A stretch of 64,000 nt of DNA. It comes from a virus. The translations under genes and the position numbers were made by a program. This document shows positions 55,673 to 64,000 of the stretch, one piece after another. The stretch spans positions 1-64,000 of the IMG/VR virus record IMGVR_UViG_3300023117_000010, one strand, 5' to 3'. The notes beneath the pieces were generated by a model that had not been told where the DNA came from, searched no databases, and worked only from the letters and a program-made list of their open reading frames with translations. Position 1 is the stretch's first letter. Each line of letters begins with the position of its first letter.

Positions 55673-56882
55673 TGAATGTAAATTCTGTTTTGTTTTGCAA
55701 GTTTATCTTTATACCCCACATAGCGTTACTTTTACAGTATCTTCCTTCAAGGATTCTCATTCTTACCATATTCAAATCTGCTTCGTCCTCATTTCTATGA
55801 AGAGCAATAAGAAGATCTGCTGTTTCTTCAATTGAACGAGACAAACCGATCTTATCTGCGCCAGCAAGATCTTCTACTTGAGCGGCTTCACGATTAAACT
55901 GACAAACACAAATATATGGAATTTCTTGTTTTGTAGCAGCAACCTTCATTGCATGAACAATTGACTTGGTATTCTCGTCTGTTCTGCCAGAGTTATTTTC
56001 TGGATGGACAAAAGAAAGTTGATCAACTAGAACAACATCGGCATCTACCTTAGTTGATTCAAGAACAAAATTCGAAACCTTACGCTCTTCAAATCCGGGG
56101 TGAACAATATAAGCGGGACCAAGAGCATTGAACTCTTCCATTGCTGTTTCAATCTTTTTCCATTCTGAAGGCATCAATGAATTCTTTACCATCCTGCTAT
56201 AACTTACTCCACTTACCATGCACATCAAACGCTTATACATATCTTTTTCAGTGAGTTCTAGAGTAAATAAGATCGGCACAAGCCCTTGTCTTCTCTGTTC
56301 AACAAAAGCATTTAGTAAAAACCAAGACTTAAATCTTTTAGGACGAGCCACAAAGAATGTTAGATGGCCCGGGCCTGCGCCACCTGTATGCTCATCAACA
56401 TCCGGGAATCCATATGTAGCGCCTTGCTCGCTATTTTCAGCAGACTGCTTAAACTCTTCAATAACCTCTTTATAGTCTTCAGAAGAAAGAATATGCTTCT
56501 TACTGCTTACTTGTGACCACATATTGTGAGCATTAGAGATTAGAGTTTCAACAAAATGCTCTGGCTCTCTAGCGTCTGCCAAGTCATTAAGAATAGACTT
56601 ATGACGAGAACGGATAAACCTCTCCTTAAGTTTATCCGCAAGAAAAGCAGGCTCTACGCTTGGGCCTGTCTTTTGGATATTCTCAAACTCGTAATCAATA
56701 ACCTTTTCATTAGGTGGAGTTCCATACTCTGTTAGATAGTTAAAGATGAATTGTACAAATGGTTTCAGGTTGGTATCTCTAACCATATGAGGACCAACAC
56801 CAGCATTCTTAAGTTCAATAAGGTTTTCTGGAACTAGAATTTGTTGAACAAGTTCGTTATCAAGATCAATTCTATCACTCAT
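55641..56882 (-). CDS. dnaB: DnaB-like replicative helicase
   Basis: ARPKRFKS, FTLE, VDQL, QFNR, S.SIEE.AD motifs. Confidence 0.9.
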   Translation of the reverse strand: MSDRIDLDNELVQQILVPENLIELKNAGVGPHMVRDTNLKPFVQFIFNYLTEYGTPPNEKVIDYEFENIQKTGPSVEPAFLADKLKERFIRSRHKSILNDLADAREPEHFVETLISNAHNMWSQVSSKKHILSSEDYKEVIEEFKQSAENSEQGATYGFPDVDEHTGGAGPGHLTFFVARPKRFKSWFLLNAFVEQRRQGLVPILFTLELTEKDMYKRLMCMVSGVSYSRMVKNSLMPSEWKKIETAMEEFNALGPAYIVHPGFEERKVSNFVLESTKVDADVVLVDQLSFVHPENNSGRTDENTKSIVHAMKVAATKQEIPYICVCQFNREAAQVEDLAGADKIGLSRSIEETADLLIALHRNEDEADLNMVRMRILEGRYCKSNAMWGIKINLQNKTEFTFNGPVVSRASE

Positions 56883-57655
56883 CGAATGGGCCTTACCTCT
56901 TTGTTTGTAATTAACATATCAACTATATCTTTTGCTTGTGATGCTCTAACATCTGAACCAGAAACTTGTATCGGAATCTGAACCATATTCAGTAGACTCC
57001 ATACTCTAGGATACCATTTTTCATGCTGTTCTGTATCCAAGTTCGTGCCAATAAGCGTTGGCAAAGAGTTTTCTACTCTGTATCTTATCACACTTTCGTA
57101 TACTTCAGAAAAATATTCGTGCTGACGAGAAGACATAGGTTCAATAACCTCATCAAGTGCAAAAATTTCAGCAGAACGAACGTTGTTCATTAAATACTTC
57201 TTACTATCCACTTCAGAGTATTGGGTAACAACGTTTGTAAAGGAATCAAACCAAGCCTTATAACCTTCTTTGATAAGAGACTTGAGTATAAGTATTTGAG
57301 CAAACGTTTTGCCTGTTCCTAGTGGTCCATAAAAAGTTACACCACGGCCATATCTTGCATTAGAATCAAAGTTTTCTATGTACTCTTCCAAGAAGAGTCT
57401 AAGATCATCTTTTTCTTCATATAGATCATCAAAAGAAAGAGAATGATATCTGATCCCGATATTTGCATAAAGATAATGTCTTCTTAGGCCCCTCTGAACA
57501 TCACAATCACATATATGTTCTTCACCTTCGAAAACATACTTTTCATTATCATTACAAGTTGGGCAAACATTTGCTGTCGCTCTTAAAGTGGGGAATCTTT
57601 CCCAAAGATTCTCATATTCACTGTTTGAAATATTTCTCCATACTATATTAGTCAA
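56879..57655 (-). CDS. DnaC/IstB-like helicase loader ATPase
   Basis: CPTC...CDC, GPLGTGKT, LDE, R.....PTLIGTN. Confidence 0.88.
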   Translation of the reverse strand: MTNIVWRNISNSEYENLWERFPTLRATANVCPTCNDNEKYVFEGEEHICDCDVQRGLRRHYLYANIGIRYHSLSFDDLYEEKDDLRLFLEEYIENFDSNARYGRGVTFYGPLGTGKTFAQILILKSLIKEGYKAWFDSFTNVVTQYSEVDSKKYLMNNVRSAEIFALDEVIEPMSSRQHEYFSEVYESVIRYRVENSLPTLIGTNLDTEQHEKWYPRVWSLLNMVQIPIQVSGSDVRASQAKDIVDMLITNKEVRPIR

Positions 57656-58124
57656 TTGTTATTATCTTCTCCTTAAGATAAAACTCTTTAATTGCATTCT
57701 TAATACATCTGTCCATATAGAAAGAAAAAGTATCCTCTTCTTTTTTATAAGGCAGATAATATATCTTATCATACCACAAAGAGTCTAGTGCTATTCTACC
57801 CATCGCCATCATATGCCATAAAATATCAAATTTTTTCTCTGTATCTTCTATAAGAGTTGCTTTATATGCAAAATGACAATATGTATATAGTGGCCCGGCT
57901 GTTATTATATAATCTTCTTTTTCATATTTATATTCCTTAAGAAGAACATCTCCAGCGAATATAAAATCTGTTCTATAATCACTAAATTGACCTAATGCAA
58001 GATCAGTCTTTTTTACAAATTTTTGAGGAAGCCGATCTAAGATTTTTAAATTTCTTTCTTGACTTATTTTTTTAGCCATCTTACTTTTTCCGCTTCCGGG
58101 CGCACCTAACATTAAAATCTTCAT
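57648..58124 (-). CDS. P-loop kinase/ATPase
   Basis: MKILMLGAPGSGKS. Confidence 0.75.
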   Translation of the reverse strand: MKILMLGAPGSGKSKMAKKISQERNLKILDRLPQKFVKKTDLALGQFSDYRTDFIFAGDVLLKEYKYEKEDYIITAGPLYTYCHFAYKATLIEDTEKKFDILWHMMAMGRIALDSLWYDKIYYLPYKKEEDTFSFYMDRCIKNAIKEFYLKEKIITID

Positions 58125-58654
58125 TAGTCTTCTTTTTTCCTTGATTTAGAAACAACAAAAGAAACAGAAGGCTTATCCATTTTAATAGTTTCTTCTAACA
58201 CATTAAGAAATTCTGGATTTTCTTCCAATCTTTGATTGATTTTTTCTTCGTTTATTTCAGGAACCATCATTACAATATCTGAAAAGATTTCTGGATAGCC
58301 TTTTTGTAATTCCCAAAGGTCTACCCTAACCTTTCCTTTTGATATTCTTCGATAAGCCTGCCCTCCATCTGAAAATTCCATCTTTTTAGGAACAAACTCA
58401 TCTTTCTCTTTTATTGTAGCAGTTCTATTGTCTTCATTAATTTTTACAATTTCATATGAAGGAAATCTTCCTTCAAGATATGAATTTGTATTTTCTACAA
58501 ACTCTGGAATAAAAACAACTTTAATTTCAGCATCTCTTGCTGAATCTACCAATTCTTCAAGTTCTTTTTTAAATGTTTTTATTTCTTTATCAATTTCAGA
58601 TTTTTTATCTTGAAGTTCTTTGATTTTTTCGTAAATATCATTTTGTTCACTCAT
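58124..58654 (-). CDS. Hypothetical protein (coiled-coil N-terminus)
   Basis: GGAGG RBS, MSEQND start at 58654. Confidence 0.7.
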   Translation of the reverse strand: MSEQNDIYEKIKELQDKKSEIDKEIKTFKKELEELVDSARDAEIKVVFIPEFVENTNSYLEGRFPSYEIVKINEDNRTATIKEKDEFVPKKMEFSDGGQAYRRISKGKVRVDLWELQKGYPEIFSDIVMMVPEINEEKINQRLEENPEFLNVLEETIKMDKPSVSFVVSKSRKKED

Positions 58655-58835
58655 AATCTTCCTCCAAAATTTTTTTAACATGAGAACAAGTTCCATTAAA
58701 GCGAAACCCCCGGCAATCACAAAAAGGATCGCACAAGGGGTAGCCTATACCTACAACTGTATATACGTTTCCTCTTGGAGAAACGACTTTTACTTCATTT
58801 GGATAATCTTCAATTATTTTCGGTTTTTGATTCAA
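58647..58835 (-). CDS. SWIM zinc-finger protein
   Basis: Y.V.......CDC.GF.....CSHV. Confidence 0.75.
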   Translation of the reverse strand: MNQKPKIIEDYPNEVKVVSPRGNVYTVVGIGYPLCDPFCDCRGFRFNGTCSHVKKILEEDYE

Positions 58836-59187
58836 GTACAGTCTCTTTATAAGATTCGTATTTTACATTAATATGTTTTAAATATTCTTGCATAAGCGTA
58901 ATTAATCTGAAAGTTATAATTTGACTAACAATATCATGTAAATTATATTTTCCACCTTGTTCAAATTCAACTATATCATACATCATATCTTTATCTTCTA
59001 CAACAACATCAAGTAAATTTACTTGTTCTATAATTTCAGATTCAAACAAAGCCCCAACAGCAATATCTAAAAGCACATTAAATTTAACTGGAAGGTCTAT
59101 TTGTTTAGAGTTCAACAAGTTTTCTAACGTAGTGAGAGTTTTTTTTGAAATTTCAAATAAAGTTTTTTGTTCTATTATTTCACTCAT
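58810..59187 (-). CDS. Hypothetical protein
   Basis: Likely start MSEIIE at 59187. Confidence 0.65.
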   Translation of the reverse strand: MSEIIEQKTLFEISKKTLTTLENLLNSKQIDLPVKFNVLLDIAVGALFESEIIEQVNLLDVVVEDKDMMYDIVEFEQGGKYNLHDIVSQIITFRLITLMQEYLKHINVKYESYKETVLESKTENN

Positions 59188-59291
59188 CTTCTTCCCAAAA
59201 AAGGTCTTCAAATGGACAGTCTGTATTGCCACAGTACATTGGATTTAATTCATTACACTTGGAGCAAACAATACTGTTTTGATCGTTCATT

Positions 59292-59579
59292 TTATTTTTC
59301 CTCCGTTTTATGTCCGAATGCAAATTCTCCACACTCTTCGCATAAAGAAATAAATCTATTTTTAGAATCTATAGCCCAAAGAACATCGTCATGAGAACAC
59401 TTTTCTGTTTCATCGTTAGGCCAAATTTTTTTTAAATTAGAGTCGGTTGCAATCATTCTCCACACAAATGTTTTACCAAACTCTTGTGTTTTTTGACCTT
59501 TGAGTTCTAATAAAACATCTCCTTTTGATGGAGAAAATTTTTTAATACCACAATCTTCATTATGGTCTTCTTCAGACAT
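59292..59579 (-). CDS. Hypothetical zinc-binding protein
   Basis: CSH...CEECG; AAGGA RBS. Confidence 0.65.
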   Translation of the reverse strand: MSEEDHNEDCGIKKFSPSKGDVLLELKGQKTQEFGKTFVWRMIATDSNLKKIWPNDETEKCSHDDVLWAIDSKNRFISLCEECGEFAFGHKTEEK

Positions 59580-59587
59580 AAAAATCC

Positions 59588-62500
59588 TTAGATAAATAAA
59601 TCAAAATCTTCTATAAAAAAATCTTTTAGAGGAATTTCTTCTAGATCTATTTTATCATTTTTGCTTGTTTGCATCAATGTTGGATAATGCGTACCTTCTA
59701 AATTTAAGCGATCCATATTGCGAGCAATACCTTGTTCTTCAATAAGCGCCCTTTGCTCGTTTGTACTTAAGGTGGACTCAGATAGGAAAGAAGTTTTTTG
59801 AGAATCTTTTTCAATTGGCTCAAAACTATAATTTGATTGCCTTATTTCTGATTCACTAAGACTTACATCTAAGTCGCCTCTTGGGATATATAGATCCAAA
59901 CGAGTTCCATTGTTTACTATTCTAACATAGTCAGGAATTTCATAATCAGATGAAGTCATCTTATACAATTTATCTTTAACTAAAACATTTCCTCTTACGT
60001 CTTTCCATGCAGCAACTTTTGAAGTTGTTGCTGAAGAAAGCCCTTGACCAGCGTTAGTGGCTGTTTGACCGGCAGAAGACTGTTGTTCAGCAGTTTGCAT
60101 TGGGTGCCCCGATGACTGTTGTTGCTGTTGTTGTCTTTGCAACCACTGTCTTGTCATATCAGTTGGCACGTTTGGATACATTTCTTGCAATTGCGCCTCT
60201 TCTTCTTGTTGCTGTTGAAGTTGCCCAAGAACGCCGGGATCTGGAGTCGCATCAGAACCTGCTTGATAGGCTTGCTGTGTCATAACAGCATCGCCCATTT
60301 GAGATGTTTGTTGAGCAATCCCCATTGTCTGATTATACGATTGATCGTAAGGAGATGGAGTTTGTGCTAACGTATTGTTGGGTAATGATGTGAAATCAGA
60401 TTCTTTTTTTTTAGATTCTCTTGGTAAATCTATTCCAAACTGCCCTAACGCTCTTCTGTCTCTTTCATCCATTTGAAAATCTTCTGGGTCTTTAATAATT
60501 GTTCTGGGATCTGCAAAAACACCTTGCTCTTCTTGCAGTCTTTCTGACTTTTCGATATCTTCAGGAAGAAAACCAATTTCTGGACCAATGTTGTCTTTAA
60601 ACATTCCAGAAACTCCTTGAATTTCATCAATTATTGCTTTTATTCCAGCATTAAACTCTTCTACACCCATGCCTAATGAGTCTAACTGTTGCATCATAGC
60701 GTCTGTATTACCCATTATCTCTGGAGGCATAACTTCAGCAAGCATTTGAAGTCCTTGTTTTATTCTTTCATTTTGTGCCTGAAGACTTCTAATGGCTAAC
60801 ACAAAAACTTCTTCAACTAACTCTTTTGCTTCCATAGGGTCTATATCTCTTCCACTTTGTTCGATAGATTCTTCAACTACTTCATCTGAATAAACATTAT
60901 TTATTGCAGTTTCAAGATAGTTTTCAGCATAATCTTCAATAAATGCTTCAATATTTTCTAGATCGGCCATAGCCTTTCTTGAATCTCCAGTATTTACGAC
61001 TTCTTGTGCAAGAAAATGGTAAGGATAGAACAATTTTTTTTCTAAATACGCTTGAGGCATTAATTGCAATGCATCTTCATCATGTTGCAATTCTTGATTC
61101 ATAAGAAGATAATCAGCAGCAGCAACTTTTTCTTGTTGCGGAGTAATCATTCCAGAAGTTTCTTGCTGATTAATCTTTTCTTCAGAATTTGCTCCTACAT
61201 TTTCTCCTTTTGAGGGGAATTTGTTATTAGTTCTTTCTTTCTTTGCTTTTTCTTTTTTCTCTTTTTCAACATCTTCAAGCACTTCCATGATATCCATCTG
61301 ATGCATACCTTCTGGTAAATCATGCGGGTCATTCCCTGCTTCTTTCCATTCAATTCCCATATTAACAATTGAAGGATCTACTAGCGGATCATTGCTGGCT
61401 ACTCTCTTTACCTGTTCAAGCGCCCAAATAGTATATTCGTGCCCATATGATGGATAAAGAGTATTAATAATATCGCTTTCGTGAGTTCCCGCTTCCATAA
61501 AAGCCGCTACTCTTGCGAGAACTGGACGGTCTTCTTCTACATAACCATCAAATTTTGATTCATCAAGAGAAGCAAAAACTGGCTTTACTCTAAGAGAATC
61601 GTGAGATGCCGCTACTGCTCCGGGAATAAGAGTTTGTTGGTTTTGAGGCATCTTAGGTGGCGTTCCTACTCCATCAATCGGAATAGGACTCATATTTGTA
61701 TTTGTTGGAGACATAGCATCTGTGGGAGATGATGGTTCTGGCAATCCAGTATTTCCTTCTGGGGGAGCCTCTTCCTCTAACCCAACAGGGGTATTCAAAA
61801 CAGAATTGTGATATTGTTCTGGAACAGCAGTTAAAATAGAAGAAAGTTCAGCAATTGTTTCCGCTTCGTGAGCATAACTATAAAGTGCCCACCAGACAGC
61901 GCGGTTCTCTGTAACTTCACCAGATTTTGCCCATTGAGTTAACGCAGAATTAACTTGCGCTCTTAATGATTCAATATCTGAATCCTTCTTCTTAATTCCT
62001 GAAGCGGCTTCAAACATTAAATTATCTGAGATGTGATCAAATGGCATATCAGAACGGCTTACTGATGCTTGTGGAGCCATACCCGGGGCTGTTGTATTCA
62101 TCATTTGAATTGGTTGAACGGCTTCCTCTTGTCCACCACCACCAAACAAATTACCAACAATTGGAACGTTACGAAGAGCATTACTAAGACCTACTGCTGA
62201 AAGACCCTTTTTTACATATGGCATAATTTTGGGCAAACCAGATTTAACCAATTGTGGGCCAAATACGGCGGCAGCAGCCGCTAGGGGTAGAGCAGACTCT
62301 TTTTGATAATTAGAAACAGAACTAATTCCGTTATAATTTTTATCTTGCGTATTCATCACTTCAATAATAAAACCAGTTCCGGGTAGATCTTCTTCTCCCA
62401 ATTCTGGGTCTGAACAAGTAGTTAAGAAATCCATAAGATAGCCCTCAAATTCATCAACATCTTCAGTCTTAAACTCTTCTTTTCTACGAAGAGAGTTTAC

Positions 62501-62656
62501 ATTCTGTAAAAGTTGCTGAACAAAACTATCTGGCTCACTTAGGGGGTCGGGCCATTCCTCTCCCTCTGGATCATAATTTTCATCGGCTGGACTTACTTTT
62601 TCACCCATTGCTAATTTTCTATCTTTCTTGGACATTTTAAACGCGAAATCAGACAC
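59588..62656 (-). CDS. Large acidic modular virion-associated protein (1022 aa)
   Basis: AAGGAG RBS; K/R-x-A/S linkers; Gln- and Pro-rich segments; ARN.D.L.L.GTHY C-terminal motif. Confidence 0.8.
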   Translation of the reverse strand: MSDFAFKMSKKDRKLAMGEKVSPADENYDPEGEEWPDPLSEPDSFVQQLLQNVNSLRRKEEFKTEDVDEFEGYLMDFLTTCSDPELGEEDLPGTGFIIEVMNTQDKNYNGISSVSNYQKESALPLAAAAAVFGPQLVKSGLPKIMPYVKKGLSAVGLSNALRNVPIVGNLFGGGGQEEAVQPIQMMNTTAPGMAPQASVSRSDMPFDHISDNLMFEAASGIKKKDSDIESLRAQVNSALTQWAKSGEVTENRAVWWALYSYAHEAETIAELSSILTAVPEQYHNSVLNTPVGLEEEAPPEGNTGLPEPSSPTDAMSPTNTNMSPIPIDGVGTPPKMPQNQQTLIPGAVAASHDSLRVKPVFASLDESKFDGYVEEDRPVLARVAAFMEAGTHESDIINTLYPSYGHEYTIWALEQVKRVASNDPLVDPSIVNMGIEWKEAGNDPHDLPEGMHQMDIMEVLEDVEKEKKEKAKKERTNNKFPSKGENVGANSEEKINQQETSGMITPQQEKVAAADYLLMNQELQHDEDALQLMPQAYLEKKLFYPYHFLAQEVVNTGDSRKAMADLENIEAFIEDYAENYLETAINNVYSDEVVEESIEQSGRDIDPMEAKELVEEVFVLAIRSLQAQNERIKQGLQMLAEVMPPEIMGNTDAMMQQLDSLGMGVEEFNAGIKAIIDEIQGVSGMFKDNIGPEIGFLPEDIEKSERLQEEQGVFADPRTIIKDPEDFQMDERDRRALGQFGIDLPRESKKKESDFTSLPNNTLAQTPSPYDQSYNQTMGIAQQTSQMGDAVMTQQAYQAGSDATPDPGVLGQLQQQQEEEAQLQEMYPNVPTDMTRQWLQRQQQQQQSSGHPMQTAEQQSSAGQTATNAGQGLSSATTSKVAAWKDVRGNVLVKDKLYKMTSSDYEIPDYVRIVNNGTRLDLYIPRGDLDVSLSESEIRQSNYSFEPIEKDSQKTSFLSESTLSTNEQRALIEEQGIARNMDRLNLEGTHYPTLMQTSKNDKIDLEEIPLKDFFIEDFDLFI

Positions 62657-62699
62657 TTTAACTCCTTGTTATGAAGATCTACCCTTTATTATCAGGAAA

Positions 62700-64000
62700 C
62701 TACAACAATACAGGTTCCGTACCACCAACAGATATATCAATTATATCACCCGTTACGCTGCCATGAACAGTTGGAGTGTCATTAACATTTAATACAATAG
62801 GAGCGGCTGTTCCAATTGCAGTTTTTTCTTTAAATGTAATCAATTGGATAGTGTTTGGGCTTATACTTATATTAAAATCAGTGACTACAAAAATATCAAA
62901 ATCTTCTTTAAGAATTGTTGCCCGAGCAATTTCAGATATTAAGAAAAAATAGTCTAATCTTGAATAATTTGCATCATAATATGGGATTTCTATTAATGTT
63001 GCTGTTTCTTTAACGTTTAATAACAATCCATTATTAATTTCTGTCAATTGTCCAACATCATCTGTTGATGCGGATACTTCGACTCCGACAAAATCTTGCA
63101 ATGTGCTGATATCAGAAGCAATCGCTCCAATTATTGGAGTGTCTGTAAGATTTGATTCATCTAAAGATGATAAAGAATTAGAAACTGCTTCAAATAGTGT
63201 AATATTTTCAATTACATAAACTTCAATTGATACATTTTCAGATAGTTGAATTTGCTCCAACCCAATAGCATCGGCTTCTAATGAATCAAATTGATCTGAT
63301 GCTGACGAGGTATCTGAACTTCCAATATCATTAGATATATTAGGTGTTTCTATTAAAGATGAAGAATCTGAACTTTCAGCATTTACATTTGACAAAGTAG
63401 ATTCTGAAAGTTGTGCATCGTCGCTGATTTCAGGGGCTATTTCAACAAACTCTGCAAGATTTGACTGATCTTGCGATCTAAACCCGATGTTAGAAGTATC
63501 TTCAAAAAGATTTGAAAGGTCATCAGATGACAATTCAGCAGATATTAAAGGAATATCCGTTGTAGAAATATTATCAGTTCCGGGCGCTTCTGCTGCAACA
63601 AAATTGCTTGATTCTAGTAGAAAACCATCTGAATCAGAGGCTACTAGATCTGTAAAGACTTGAACGTTTTCAGATTCAATTCCTGAGTCAAGAGCATTTA
63701 GATCTATTGTGTTGACAAACTCAGATAATGTAGAAAAATCTTGTATATTGTCTAATAATATTTGAGTTATTTCTACTAATAGAGAACTATCACTAGAACT
63801 CAATGATGCTGCAATAGATTCAGAAAGGGCTATGCTATCTTGATTTGTAAGAAACAAGCCACCGTTTGAATCTGACAACGATAAACTATCGCTAGAAGAT
63901 AGTCTTATATCAATGAATTCATTAAAAGTTACACTATCTATGTTTGCAACTGAAACAGAAAGTGTAAGTAAAATATCTGTTAAAGATAAAGAATCAACAA
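62700..64000 (-). CDS. Ser/Asp-rich repetitive virion (tail-associated) protein, 5' end outside window
   Basis: Frame stays open to base 64000; degenerate S.D...L.E repeats of roughly 20 aa. Confidence 0.75.
   Translation of the reverse strand, partial: VDSLSLTDILLTLSVSVANIDSVTFNEFIDIRLSSSDSLSLSDSNGGLFLTNQDSIALSESIAASLSSSDSSLLVEITQILLDNIQDFSTLSEFVNTIDLNALDSGIESENVQVFTDLVASDSDGFLLESSNFVAAEAPGTDNISTTDIPLISAELSSDDLSNLFEDTSNIGFRSQDQSNLAEFVEIAPEISDDAQLSESTLSNVNAESSDSSSLIETPNISNDIGSSDTSSASDQFDSLEADAIGLEQIQLSENVSIEVYVIENITLFEAVSNSLSSLDESNLTDTPIIGAIASDISTLQDFVGVEVSASTDDVGQLTEINNGLLLNVKETATLIEIPYYDANYSRLDYFFLISEIARATILKEDFDIFVVTDFNISISPNTIQLITFKEKTAIGTAAPIVLNVNDTPTVHGSVTGDIIDISVGGTEPVLL

Overview
A 64 kb segment of a large lytic tailed dsDNA phage; no host genes are seen. 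The portal, terminase and replication gene order resemble, from memory, large actinobacterial myoviruses of the Bxz1/E3/BRock type, and an Rpf-like muralytic gene and an MSMEG_6728-family gene also point to an Actinomycetota host. Layout: (i) 1-16.5 kb, minus strand, AT-rich: a >955 aa multidomain ORF missed by the ORF track, a 3236 aa acidic modular protein, and small genes. (ii) 16.5-17.7 kb: a non-coding strand-switch region, possibly the genome terminus. (iii) 17.7-30.8 kb, plus strand: about 45 small, mostly acidic early genes with four look-alike promoters and a repeated 17-nt gene-junction motif. It also holds an RNA module of a canonical type I hammerhead ribozyme, about 290 nt of structured RNA, and a tRNA-like element without an anticodon loop. 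(iv) 30.8-64 kb, minus strand: thyX, dNMP kinase, metallophosphoesterase, portal, large acidic head proteins, terminase, two resolvases, Cas4-like nuclease, recA, dnaE, RNase H, SSB, primase, helicase and loader, and virion proteins. The best candidates for undescribed systems are (a) a polyprotein-like head-cargo system in which unrelated domains end in conserved tags and [K/R]-x-[A/S]-[A/S] linkers, and (b) the ribozyme/structured RNA/tRNA-like cassette. All family assignments come from motif recognition, not database searches.
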